64,000 nucleotides of DNA from Eledone cirrhosa. Lineage: Eukaryota. Under the pieces are notes generated by a model. It did no database searches. It worked only from the letters and a program-made list of their open reading frames with translations, and was not told where the DNA came from. Where the stretch lies: assembly GCA_964016885.1 (NCBI GenBank), contig OZ024746.1, positions 96,038,001 to 96,102,000 of the forward strand, written 5' to 3'. Below are positions 14,590 through 27,389 of this stretch, one piece after another (the first letter of the stretch is position 1; every line of letters begins with the position of its first letter). The translations under genes were made by a program, and so were the position numbers.

Positions 14590-15290
14590 ATTAAATACAG
14601 TCATTTTCTGCAGTTAGTAAATTCTGTCGGCCAGCTACATTTTTCAGCCTGTGGCTTTCGAGATGTTTGGAGGAGTCAGGCCACTGACTGAGGTTCCTCT
14701 CTTCACTGGCGGCTCGCCTAATAGAGGTAACTGGCAAATCTCGCGAGGGCGCTTGGCTGTTTCAGCGCATCAGCCTCGCCATCACCCGAGGCAACGCTGC
14801 GTGTGTGCTGGCTTGCCTAAAAAATCATTAGAGAGGTTGCCCAGTACTCCTCGCGACGCTGCTGTCTTTTGCTCTGGTGTTGGCTCCGTTGTTCACACCT
14901 TCCTTTACATTTTCTTTAATATTGCAACATTAAAATATATATTTCTGAATGAATCGCGAGCTATTTATAATGTTATCGAAGCATTTGTAATGTTATTTAT
15001 CTATATATTTAAAACATATTTGTTATGTTATTCTACTGTAAATTTATTTATATGCTCTGTTTATATTTTCATTCTGAAAGAATTGCAAACGATTTGTAAT
15101 GTTATTGTATCATTATATTTCTTTTTTTTCGGCCCTTTATGGTCTGAGTTCAAATCCCGCCGAGGTTAACTTTGCCTTTCATCCTTATGGGGTCAATAAA
15201 ATAAAGTACCAGTAATACACTGGGATAATTGCTTGCCTTGTGCCAAAAGTAGAAACAATTATATTTCTTTTTTTATAACTGTGAATAAAA
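14590..15290 (+). mobile_element. CRE-clade non-LTR retrotransposon 3' fragment (REL endonuclease end plus AT-rich 3'UTR)
   Basis: YIFQPVAFEMFGG then, frameshifted, REGAWLFQRISLAITRGNAACV, typical of the CRE C-terminus. Confidence 0.75.
15130..15257 (+). mobile_element. 5'-truncated SINE-A with TSD
   Basis: Flanked by attatatttcttttttt on both sides. Confidence 0.85.
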
Positions 15291-15716
15291 TAATTGCTAA
15301 ATGTCTTTGAGTGTATCAGTATTGTGGAAATATTAAAACTGGCGTATGGGGTTATGAGTCATCATATGATTTGGTGTGGGTGTGTGAACTGTGTATTAAA
15401 AATGCAGGCTTACTTCTTAGTGCAGTCAGCGTAAAAAGTGTCAAAACTAGGTTTGTTAGCTTACCAAACTATAAGTTTAAATTGTTAAACTGCTAGTGGT
15501 CTACCTCTGGCTCGCCTATGACTTGGTTTTACCAACAAAACCTGTCTGTTATCAGTTCTGAAATGAAACAATAATATTGGAAATAAAAACTCTAAGAAGG
15601 TAATAATTCTGAATAAGAACCGACTCAAACCATTAACAACTTGTCCAATCTATGTCAGCATAGAAAGCAGGTAGAAAATGTGTGTGTGTATGTATATATA
15701 TATATATATATATATA

Positions 15717-16110
15717 TCATCATCATTTTACGTCCGTTCTTCCACACTAGCATGGGTTAGATGGATTGTCCTGTTGTGGGCAGTGTCCAATCGGCTGACT
15801 TTGTCTTGCTCGTACGGGAACTAATTCTGGCTTGATTTCTACAGCTGGATGCCCTTCCTAACACCAACCTCATTTACAGTGAGTGCTGGGTGCTATTTTT
15901 TTCTGTGGCGCCTACACGTCCACTTTACAGTGTGGACTGGGGGCTTTTTTTTCTGTGGCGCCTACACGTCCACTTTACAGTGTGGACTGGGGGCTTTTTT
16001 TTTCTGTGGCGCCTACACGTCCACTTTACAGTGAGTGCTGGGTGCTTTTTTGCCATGGCACCTCCACGACCACTTTGCAGTGGGAGGGGATGGGAGCATA
16101 TTGTCTATAT
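15717..16110 (-). mobile_element. 5'-truncated copy of the RTE 3'UTR with 4 units of the 48-bp repeat
   Basis: Colinear with 47075-47368, including gcatattgt.tatatg. Confidence 0.85.
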
Positions 16111-16496
16111 GTATGTATATATATATATATATATAATGTTATGTTTTTCCATAGAAAAGGTAAAGGAAAGGAGAGTGCTCTATGTATAGTACAGAGCTAT
16201 TTAATTATATTTTTTCATGACGATTCTCAGTAAAGTGAGTGTAGATAGGGAGAAACTGGAAGTGAGAGGGGGTGAGTAAGAGAGGGGAGGGGGAGAAGGG
16301 AAAGGGAGATAATCCAAAAGGGGTTTACGACGCACGTACGACCAAGGCTGAAAACAAGCAAATGGATAGGAAGGAAGAGAGAGAGAAAAGGAAGGAGTCG
16401 ATCTGAAAGTGTGGTGGGACATAAGTCCAGCCAGGAACACCAAATCAAGCAAGACAGGTAGAGAGGAGGTCACAGCAGTAAATACAAAAATACGGA

Positions 16497-16710
16497 TTAA
16501 CCCTTTAACATTCACATTACTCTATATATACTATTATATTTTCATGGTAAATGCTTTACCTCACATAATTATCTCACATAATATCGAATCTATGAGATTT
16601 TAAAAGTATTTATTTTGAGAACAATACCTTAACATCAGTTTGAGTGGCCAGTTTCAACAGAAAGAGGTAGAGAATTCTGGCCGGTTTTGGCTGGTTTGAA
16701 CATTAAAGAG
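16497..16710 (+). mobile_element. MITE family 1
   Basis: TTAACCCTTT end and conserved body. Confidence 0.85.
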
Positions 16711-17715
16711 GCCAGGCTGTGTGGTTACTGAAAATGAAGTGTTATATATATATATATATATGTGTGTGGTTAGGGTTAGGAAGGGCACCTAACTGTAAAA
16801 ATCTCTGCTAAATTTATAGTTTGAGCAAGGTACAGTGCAGCCAACTGGCCAGACTTGTCTCATGACATGGATGTTCCGTCTACCCCATGCAAGCATGGAA
16901 AATGGACATTAAACAGTGATGACGAGGATATTAATATATGGCAACATGAATGGACCTGGCTTATATCACAATAGGACAACTCGTCTAACCCATGCTACCG
17001 TGGGAAAATGGACATTAAATGGTGATCATGATAATATATATATACTAAACTGTAGATTAATGTGTTCATAAATGATTTACATTCATGAATTTAAAAACTT
17101 TAACTATGTTTAGGCATTATCATTCTCTTGAAATTTTATGGTTAAATTTGACTGAATAATACTTCCCAGTTTTACAATATGTATTGTATTTGTATGTGAG
17201 AGAGTGTGTGTTTCTGTGTGTGTGTGTGTCAGTATGTGTGTGAGAGAGAGTGTGTATGTCAGTGTGTGTGTGTGTCAGTAAGTGAGTATATCTGTATCTC
17301 TATATATTTTATATCAGTCTCTATCAGATTGTATTTGAAACTCAGTAAAAGAAATGAGGCATCTTATGTGATGTTTTCTGTGAGACAAGTGTTAAGATAA
17401 TCACGTCTCTCTTAATAGTGAGGTTCAATGTTTTGTCAATAGTTCAAATTAATCTTGTATACTTCAGTGTAAAATGACACTCTCTTTCCCAGCCAATTCT
17501 AAAATACTGTTACTTTGACTGACATATTTTCAGGCTGAGTTTCAAATATCAAGTTCACTTGTTATCTTCTTACTTACTTAAGTTCATATTAATAAAGAAT
17601 TTTAATTCCTTCAGAAGAAGTAAACAAACAGGAAAAAACAACAGCCATGAATTGCCTTTTAAAAGTGGTTTTGTTGACAAATCTTTTTAGCTAAAGGCTT
17701 GTCTGAGGAAGAAGC

Positions 17716-18320
17716 CTCGTGAGGTGGGGTGGCTCTTGCAGAGGGTGTAGTTGTCCATGGATAAGCTTTTACAGTCTTGTCTACAAGACACAGCCCCAAC
17801 ACTGCTGCGCCCTAGGCCTAGAGCCCATCACCTCCCCTTCTCCATTCCCATTTTTCTGTTACCCCAGAGCCCTTGCACTTCCCTTCATTTTCCATTTTTA
17901 AATATCTATAGTGTTGCTCCTCTGGCTATCAAATAGGATGTAAAATCCTATCAAATCTTAGCTATGCAGTCGATCTGGCCATCATGAGTTACTCTAGAAC
18001 TGATTTGCAAGACTTTCTGAATGTACTGGCCAAACATTCACTGGAGGCTGGCTTACACATCAACATCTCCAAAACAAAGTGTATGACAACTGATAAAAAC
18101 AATGCCAACCTCCAACTCAGAATCTACAACCAGAAATTGCTGGTAAGAGAAGCAGAAGTCGGCAGCCAAAACGATGGCTTGGTAATGTCAACTTATAGAC
18201 TGGACTTGATCTTTGCTCTCTGAACTCTGCTGCTGGTAATCAAACTTTGTGGAGAGAGATATCACATGTTGTTGCGGAGTCTGCAACTGGCAGAGTTCAG
18301 CGTCACAAGAAGTGTTGTTG
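17716..18320 (+). mobile_element. Internally deleted non-LTR (RTE/RTEX-like) remnant
   Basis: NLSYAVDLA (decayed YADD)..GLHINISKTKCMT. Confidence 0.55.
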
Positions 18321-18389
18321 TTATTTGAAATATTTTCTTTGAATTTAAACATTTAAATTATTTAATTTCCAAGTTTAATAAATTATATT

Positions 18390-18690
18390 TTAACACTTTG
18401 TTTTACTCTATATTTACTATTACATTTTCATGGTAAAATCTTTACCTCACATAATATCGAAACTATAAAATTTTGATCGGTAGAGGGTCGGACGCCATGC
18501 CTTGATGCGTAGAGTTACGGCCCTTGCCATTCTGAGTTCAAATCCTGCCGAGGTTAACTTTGCCTTTTATCTTTATGGGGTCAATAAAATAAAGTACCAG
18601 TAATGCACTGGGTAATTGCTGGCCTTGTGCCAAAAGTAGAAACATTTATTTTGAGAACAATACCTTAACATCAGTATGAGCAACCGGTTC
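18390..18690 (+). mobile_element. MITE family 1 remnant with SINE-A insertion (18477-18643)
   Basis: MITE body is split at atttattttgaga by the SINE. Confidence 0.75.
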
Positions 18691-19834
18691 AGTGATTTAA
18701 GAAAACTGGAAGCTAACTGGAGTGGAGTGGCGAGTGTAGCCCAGGATCGTGTACGATGGTGGAGGGTCATCAATGGCCTATGCTCAATAGAGAGTGATGG
18801 GGCTGAATGAATTAATGAATGACCTCTCTGATGGGCTGGGATAGATGGGTGACCATCTCGCTGTTAGACTGACCAGCGTTTAACTACTGCATCGATTTTT
18901 ACAACCCATCATTCACATCCTCATCATTCTTTGAAAGTGACGTCTGAATGAGTATCCTCTACCACCAACTAATTTACCCTCCCTCCCACTCTGGGTCCCA
19001 GCTGACAGGATGGAGAATACATTGTCCTGGAAGACAGTGAAGGTGATGCACTGGAGCAGCCACTCCAATCACCTTGCGGGACTCACACCTGTGGGCGGCC
19101 AACTCTGCACCGATCATAGTTTCATGCTTTGTTTTTCAATGCCACCATTGCTGATCTTACTGTATCTATGAGTTCCTACATCTTTAGATCTATCTGTACT
19201 ATTTCTTTCAATGTCTTATTTGCTTTTCTTCTCATAGAGTTATGTTCACATGTCATGTACTTTTAGCACCCAGTCCACCAAACAGGTGTTATCCATAAGT
19301 TTTACATCTTCATGCTAGTGCGACCATCTCTCATACACATTGGCTGATACCCAGCCACTCACTCAGTTTCCTTGAATTACAGTTTCCATGTAAATTAACA
19401 TTTCTCATCTGGCAGATTGTACAGGACTCCTTTCTCTCCAGCCTCCACAAATTTTCTGTTTTTCTTAATTTTTTTTTCATTCTTTCCTCAGTTTAACTGC
19501 CCTGTTACATCAGACCTCTTACATATTCTTGATATGTACAGTATATATTTTATAATGATAATCATTTGCTACAAGCAGAAGTAACAACTCCCTGAAATTC
19601 TGCTCTCCAATTATTAAGTCTTAACATTCTGTACCATATGAAATCACATTAACAAGACATTCTTGAAAAATAATAAACAATACTATGACTGCATTACATT
19701 AAAAACTTAAGTCATTTTAGTTTACTGCAAATTTTTACAATGATCTGTCCACTAGTAAAGTTAGTATAAACATTTGAATTAAGAAACTTGTTTTTAGATA
19801 TTTTCTGCTAAATCATTAAAGGATGTTAAGCATC

Positions 19835-20095
19835 CCCAATACTATGGCCATGTGGTTATAATGTCTCAAGAAAGAATCACTGGACAGATTTTACAGGCAA
19901 AACCAACCGGCAGGAAACCCAGAGGTAGACCCCAGGCAAGATGTTTGGATAACATCCATGAGCTTGGCTGGTCTCACTTGGGGATCCAACCGGATCAGTT
20001 AGAGATGGTTGCTTCTGACAGGACCTGCTGGAAGGAGTGTTTGAGGACTCTGCCCTCATGACCCCCTTCAGGAATAAGTGGGTGAATAAGAAGAT
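19835..20095 (+). mobile_element. RTE 3' fragment (second family)
   Basis: QAKPTGRKPRGRP..W, with an (AAG)n-like tail. Confidence 0.8.
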
Positions 20096-20485
20096 AACAT
20101 GAAAAACAACTTTAACAAATTAGTGTAAAATATCACGTCCACTCTTTTTGAATCTTGAAAAAATTATGAAGAAAAGGACTATCTACTCAGTTTTTAGTAA
20201 TCAAAATTCATTTAGATGCCATCATGCCATCGTCATCATTTAACTTCCACTCTCTCTGCTAGCAAGCGTTGTATGTGAAAATATCTCTATAGATATTGAT
20301 ATTTTCAGGTGAAGCAATTAGTAAAATAACCAACATTTCTGCACTATGATTGGAGAAATTATTTTTTTCATGTATTATTTTAACTAACAGAAATTGTAAA
20401 ATATCTCGTGTTTTAATTGGCAGATTTTCTAAAATATTTCGTATTTACTGGTGAAAAATCCCTTTTGAATTGATAGTTTCTTTCT

Positions 20486-20850
20486 TTAACCTTTTAGTCA
20501 CCAACCTGGCCAAAGCTGGCTCTAGTTCTATGAAATAAAACCACCCATTTTAAAGGTTTTCAATTTAAATTAAATCTTCCAACATAAATTTATATAAGAA
20601 CCTTTCATTAAGTTACTATCTTAGTAATGAAATAAATAACATTGGCCAATAAAATTTTGCTTTTTTTCTGCTGATCCAAGTTTGAGACCTGTTTTTAAGT
20701 AATTTGGGGCTGCTGAGTTTCAAAATGACAATTTTTTTTTTCTTGGTGATCAGGATAAATCATGGGCCCCATTAAGTTACTATCTTAGTGATGAATGAAT
20801 TTATTAAAATAGAGTGTATTTCATTAGAAATGAAGTCATGAAAGAGTTAA
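20486..20850 (+). mobile_element. MITE family 3 with Chapaev3-like terminus (20640-20770)
   Basis: TTAA ends. Insert flanked by duplicated attaagttactatcttagt. Confidence 0.7.
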
Positions 20851-21484
20851 AAATGAAATACATCTTTTTCTAAGGAAAATTGATTTTTACATGCCCTACT
20901 GAATATTCAAGAATTATGTAATGTAAAAATATCTGTCTGTTCTAAATAACATCTTTTTAAAACAATATGGCTGGCGATGAGTATTACTTGACATATTATC
21001 ATCAATAGCCTGGAAAATTACATATTATTATATAAATGTCAATATCATGGGTTTTATCTTGAAACAAGACATTCAACTTCATTGACAATAACTACTTATT
21101 CTATGTTGGTCCATACTAAATGGCAGATTAAACATCATTAACTCTTTTGATACTAAACCATATGAAACCATCCTTAGTTCTATCATACAAAGCTGTATAT
21201 TTTAACTCTTTCATGGATCTTTACATTCTGAGTTCAAATCCTGCCAAGGTTAGTTTTGCCGTTCATCCTTACAGGGTCAATAAAATAAATACCAGTAATG
21301 TACTGAGGTCGATTTAATCACCCCCCACCCCACCCCCCAAATAAAGAATTGTTGACTTTGTGCCTAAAACATTGTTTTAGATAAATATAAACTCTTTAAA
21401 ACAAACAGCTTTATATTGTGGAACCAGTGCAATTTCAGACTGTTTGTTATCAAAAGGATTAAGATTTAATTTCTTGTCTTGTGA

Positions 21485-22068
21485 TTAACCCTTTAGCATT
21501 TAAACTGGCCATATCTGGCCAGAATTCTTTCACTTCTTTCTGTTCAAACTGGCTGAAACTAGCCATTCATACTAATGTTAAGGTATTGTTCTCAAAATGA
21601 ATATCAAAATCTCGTAGATTCCATATTACGTGAGATTCTTTTTATTGTGTCCACAAGAGTGTCAGCTACAAAGCTTGGCTAGATGTGGTTCAGCCACAGC
21701 TGAAAACATTGCTGTCCTTTCTCATTAAACTCTGCCAAGTCCAATGCTGAACAGGGGTGTTCCAGCAAGGGGCATATCAGGAGGTTGTGTAGCCTATGGT
21801 GCGATGCTGCAGTCACACACAATGGCCCCATCCTTTAAGTATCCCCATTTTGCAAGATTGACTTTTACACATCCGACACCAGATCTTAGTCTGTTGAGGC
21901 ATTTCCACACAGCATAGTTTGTATCGGCTCTAGGGGGCAGTGTCTCGCTTGCCTTTAACTCCATTGTTACAGATGGGAGGTTGTTATGTGAGATAATTAT
22001 GTGAGGTAAAGCCTTTACTGTGAAAATACTATAGTAAATATAGAGTAATGTTAATGGTAAAGGGTTAA
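21485..22068 (-). mobile_element. MITE family 1 containing a Vingi/Ingi-like LINE 3' fragment (21635-21983, minus)
   Basis: TTAACCC..GGGTTAA ends. Insert translates WKCLNRLRSGVG..NLAKWG..CDC. Confidence 0.75.
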
Positions 22069-22879
22069 TGATGAGGATTTGCTTGCTTCCATCTGCTTGT
22101 CATACTTTAATATCTAACTTCTGTGGGACATTTCTTTCCTTTACCACATTTCCTCTTGTCTCTAGAAGTTTCTTATTGCAGCTGCAGCCACCCACTCATT
22201 TTGATTAATGTAAAGCTCTTATCTAGCCAAGGAATCAATGGGTCCACAAAGACTATATTATTGAAATGTTATTCAACGTGGTAGAGTGGGATTTTAGTTA
22301 ACAGGAAATCAGTATCTTAAATATGTTATATGCACTTAGAGATTTGGCTGCTGGATGTAAGCAGCCGAGAACAAAATACTGTGACCTGCTCTGGTGGTTT
22401 GTTGAAGGTAATAAAGTTTTGTTGTTTTATGACCTACTTAGTGACAGTTGTTGCATAGTGCCTATAGTGTAAATAAGGTTATTGAGAACTCTAAAATTAG
22501 TGACTCCAGGATAGTGAAACCTGAGCTCTAAATTCAGAACACCAAAATATCTACAATGTCTGAGCATAATTCATTGCAGTTACATACAATCAGAGCTTCA
22601 TCATCATTATAATCACCATCATCATTTAATGACCACCATTTTCCCTGCTAGCAATGGTTAGACAGATTGTATTACAGATCCTGTCAGTACTTAAGCAGAG
22701 CTATTGAAGGAAACCACCTAAGTATTAGAAATAAATACTCATTGTATTGAAGAGAATGGTTCTATTAGTATTGTAGAAAATATAGATGTAAATGACAAGA
22801 GTAATATATTATTTCTATAAGTTCTCTTTTATTTTCTATGTACTAGTGGAGAGTAGATCAGTAAAGATCTTAAAAGGCC

Positions 22880-23205
22880 CCCATTGGTCACTAACGACCA
22901 TGGTTTTTCACCTAGAAAGTTTACCTCCAAGGCACAGGCTTGGGCAACGTGTGTTTGTGGAAGACCAGCAGTCACCCATGCATAGCAGTCTCCCCTCTCC
23001 ACACCACTGATGTTGTCCAAGTGAAAGAAAGGCAATGGCTGATGCAGCTTGGCACCAGTGATGTCGCAACTCATTTCTACAGCTGAGTAAACTGGAGCAA
23101 TGTGAAATAAAGTGTCTTCCTCAAGGACACAACACATTACCCAGTCCAAGAATCAAACTCACAACCTTTTAATTGCAAGCCCAATGCTTTAACCACTAAG
23201 CCATT
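22880..23205 (-). mobile_element. tRNA-CORE SINE family B, alternative 3' body
   Basis: TGGCTTAGTGG A box and CORE motif. Same body also at 61822-61953. Confidence 0.75.
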
Positions 23206-23396
23206 CACCACCAGTAAAGATCTATTGATATGATAATTCAATATTGTTAAGCACCACATGTTTACTTTTAAGTCTTTAAATTACAGGTATGAATGAGATA
23301 AGTGATAACTTTCAATTACAACACCCCAAAAACAAGGTTTATGTTAAATATCTTATAGAAGTAGTGTCATTCATATGTTTTTGTAATAAAGTTCTT

Positions 23397-23910
23397 TAGT
23401 GTGGGCTGGGAGCTTTTTGTCGTGACACCTACATAACCACTTTACAGTGTGGGCTGGGAGCTTTTTGTTGTGACACCTACACAACCACTTTACAGTGTGG
23501 GCTGTGAGCTTTTTGTTGTGACACCTACACAACCACTTTACAGTGTGGGCTGGGAGCTTTTTGTTGTGATACCTATGCAACCACTTTACAGTGTGGGCTG
23601 GGAGCTTTTTGTTGTGATACCTACACAACCACTTTACAGTGTGGGCTGAGTGTTTTTTATCTTGACACCTACACAACCACTTTACAGTGTGGGCTGAGTG
23701 TTTTTTTTATCTTGACACCTACACAACCACTTTACAGTGGGCTGAGTGTTTTTTTTATCTTGACACCTACACAACCACTTTACAGTGGGCTGAGTGTTTT
23801 TTTATCTTGACACCTACACAACCACTTTACAGTGTGGACCAGGAACTTTTGTTGTGGCACCTACATGACCACTGTATAGTGTAGGCTGGGTGCTTTTTGT
23901 CATGACACCA
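23397..23910. repeat. ~48-bp minisatellite, ~10-11 units, in an RTE 3'UTR
   Basis: Unit ccactttacagtgtgggctgggagctttttgttgtgacacctacacaa. Confidence 0.9.
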
Positions 23911-25060
23911 AAGAACTGGGGGCTGGGTTGGTGGATGTTTGCAGGGATTGGAGAGGTAGATCTAGGTGGGGGGCACTTTTCTGGTGAAAGGTCTAGGGAT
24001 TGGATGAGGGGTAGGGTGTTTGAACATGTGCACATGGGAAGGCGGGTCTTCTATTGCATAACGCCAGAGATCTTATGTCATCACCTTCAAGAAGTGCAAT
24101 GTCAGCTTTTATCACTTCATCCCAAGTCTTACTAGGTCGTCCTAATCCATAGCTTCCATCATTTTTGAGGGCCCTACACCTTTGCATCAGATCCGCCTTA
24201 TGCCCAGTTTCTCTCTGTTTATTTATTCTTTGCTGTTCATGTATATTACTATCACACATCTATTGGAGCATGCAAACTTCATTTCTTTCCAGTCATCGCA
24301 GGTCCTCTGTGCTCAGTACCCAGGTCTCACTACCAGGTAACATTGCTGTTTGTATAGACACATCAATTCAATCTGCCCTTCATTTTGACGGAAAAACCTT
24401 TTGTAGTTAGCAGTAGTAGTAGCTCACTGAACTTTCTCCATCCCATTCTCACTCTCACTACTGTACTTTTGGAACACCCTCCTCCACTGCCAATTTATTC
24501 ACCCAGGTAACAGTAACTATCAACTACTTCTACTGAGCCTTCTGGATATTTAGTATTTAAACTGTTATATCCGGCCAGAATTCTCTCGCCTCTTTCTGTT
24601 TAAACCAGCCGTAATCGGCTGCTCATACCAACGTTAACCCTTTAATGTTCAAACCGGCCAAAACCGGCCAGAATTCTCTACCTCTTTCTGTTGAAACTGG
24701 CTGTAACCAGTCAGTCAAACTGATGTTAAGGTATTGTTTTCAAAATAAATACTTTCAAAATCTCATAGATTCAATATTATGTGAGATAATTATGTGAGGT
24801 AAAGCCTTTACCATGAAAATATGATAGTATATATAAAATAATGTGAATGTTAAAGGGTTAAGGTATTGTTCTCAAATTAAATAACATCGAAATCTCATAG
24901 ATTTAATATTATGTGAGGTAAAGCAGTTACCATGAAAATATAATAGTAAATATAGAGTAATGTAAATACTAAAGGGTTAAGAGTTAGTATCCTTTGGGCT
25001 CATGCTATTTACTGCACCTGTGCAATGACCACATGTAAAACCTGTGTTTTCTGCTACTGT
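23911..25060 (-). mobile_element. Decayed RTE LINE interrupted by nested MITEs
   Basis: GRPSKTWDEVIKAD and GGGCS motifs. Confidence 0.8.
24549..24980 (-). mobile_element. MITE family 1 with a second family-1 copy nested at an internal TTAA (24634-24861)
   Basis: Inner TTAACCC...GGGTTAA splits the outer copy at gttaaggtattg. Confidence 0.85.
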
Positions 25061-25216
25061 ATTTGAATTGTTTAATGAATAATTTTGTTGGGGATGAAGG
25101 TCGGTACTAAAATTGTTTATAAAATACAAATACAGTGTCGTTACTAAAATTATTAAATGTTAATTTTGACATGAAATTCATAACAAAAGATTTGCAACAA
25201 AAGGTTCTTAATCGAA

Positions 25217-26323
25217 CTAGTAGTGTATCCCGGCGTTGCACTGGTAAGAACAGTGGTAATAGCACCTCCAATAAGAAACGTTTATTTGTGAGTGCCTGTT
25301 AAAACTCACGAAAATATACCGACAGGAAACTTGTTTTATTTGGAGAAAATTAAGAAGTTGAAAGTATAGTTTAGCTGTCTACGTGCATTGTTCATAGAAA
25401 TATTGTTGAGCCCCTTCTTTTCATACTCCTCTGTTTTGGCCTTTTGGAGTAAATGTGAAAGAGAAAGCCAGAAGTTAAGTTGCAGAAGGTTCCAGTGCAA
25501 TAGCAGTAAGTTACTCTTTCTCTCTATCCCTCTCGGTGCAGTCCCTTGCGAATTTCTCATGTAGGCCTGGTGTAGATTTGCACCCGATCTATCTGCCCGA
25601 TGCACATGTCCGCTTTGAACGGCTTTTGGAGGAAGGAGTGACCAGCAGTACGTTGTTCGGTATTATTACGAAAAGGTGTAGCAGAGAATCCCGCGTGAAC
25701 TAACAGCTTGAGAGGAAACTGCTTACCTCGAAGATTCATTCGCCATCATTCTTGTCAATGCTCCGTTTAGTTGGTATTTGTTGGTCTACAGTTAGATGAA
25801 TGGCGCACAAAGGGTTAATGTTTATTGGCAAGAAGTGGCAACTGGGATGGCTTGCCTCGCTTATATTATATATTAAAATAACAGATTAAAGTTTAAGCAA
25901 AGAATCGCTGCTTTCATCCTTAACGGGATCTTCTGAAACTAAAAAAAATCAATCTGTGAACGTAGAAGTAAATATTTCGAAAAACGTTGCAACCGAAGGA
26001 AAACAGGAAGACGATACTTTGGTTCGTGAAGACGTTCCCTGGCAATGAACGGAAAATAGTGAACATAATACGTCATCAATGTTTGTCATAATGTCGTAAT
26101 GCAGACAGCCAGGTATACAGACAGTTATTATAAGGGCACGACGGAGATAGATACCGGCGCCTAACACCCCTTTAACAACAGAAAATTGAAAAATAAAAGC
26201 TGCAGTTAATATCTTTAGACCGCACGGAATATATAAATGCAATCGGAGTAGAAATATGGATTTGTATAGACTTTGCAAAAATGAGGACACACAGACAACT
26301 ACAGTTTTATATATATGTATAGA
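25217..26323 (-). mobile_element. Non-autonomous Helitron
   Basis: Minus strand begins A|TCTATACATATATATAAAAC and ends with the hairpin ccagtgcaacgccggg then CTAG|T. A|T insertion, no TSD. Confidence 0.75.
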
Positions 26324-26815
26324 TAATACTGGAAAGTTTTTCTTTGAATAAGATCTCTATAAAATGAATGTTTTTCTTTCATAGAGTCAGTTTTTGTTTC
26401 TGTTTAATAGTTAGTGTGGAGCTTTATCTAAGTGTCAGTTTTAGGTGGGTTAGTTGGTATCAAAAGAATTGAACAAAAAGAGAACTGGGTTTTCATAAAG
26501 CTATAAAAATATTTATTGGTAGTTAGTACATCAGTGGCTACTTTTTAAAAAAAGCTAGAGGATAGCATGTGATATGTCTCAGTGATCTTTGAAGGATATT
26601 CACATTATAAAATTATTCAAGAATCTTTTACTACTTCTAGTCATGCTGGGGCACCATATTAAAGGGATTTAGTTGATCATATCAATCCCAGTAATTTTAT
26701 TTTTTATTTTATTTTTTTAATTTTATTTTGGAGGTGGGTATTCACATTATAAAACTATTCAAAATCCTTTTACTAATTCTAGTCATTGGACTGTGGCCTT
26801 GCTGGGGCACCATAT

Positions 26816-27043
26816 CAACTCTTTAGCATTTAAACCGGCCGTATCCAGCTAGATTTTTCTCACCTCTTTCTTTTCAAATCGGCTGTAACTTGCTACTCAT
26901 ACTGATGTTAAGGTATTGTTCTCAAAATAAATAACATCAAAATCTCATAGATTTGATATTATGTAAGATAATTATGTGAGATAAAGCCTTTATCATAGAA
27001 ATACAATAATATATATAGAGTAATGTAAATAGTAAAGGGTTAA
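26816..27043 (-). mobile_element. MITE family 1
   Basis: Conserved body and GGGTTAA end. Confidence 0.85.
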
Positions 27044-27389
27044 TAATACTTTAGTTTACTACAAATTTTCACAACGATCTGTCCACCAGTAAAGATATTA
27101 TAAATATTTGAATTAACACATTTCTTCTTGGGTATTTTCTGCAAGATGTTAAGAGTTAACCACATGAAACCACGTTAGCAAGACATTCTTGAGAAGTACA
27201 AAATAGCACTATGACTGAACCACGTTAAAAATTACAAACTTTCACATTGATCTATCCACTAGTAAAGATACTATAAACATTTGAATTATCAAAACAGTCT
27301 TTAGATACTTTCTGCTAAGTTATTACAAGATGTTAAAAGTTAAACAAATAAAAAAAATTGACTTTTCATAAATTTCTAAAACTATTGTT

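Noticed and set aside
18830-18870. 5S rRNA-like gatgggtgacc
   Set aside because: Too short, and the surrounding 5S sequence is absent.
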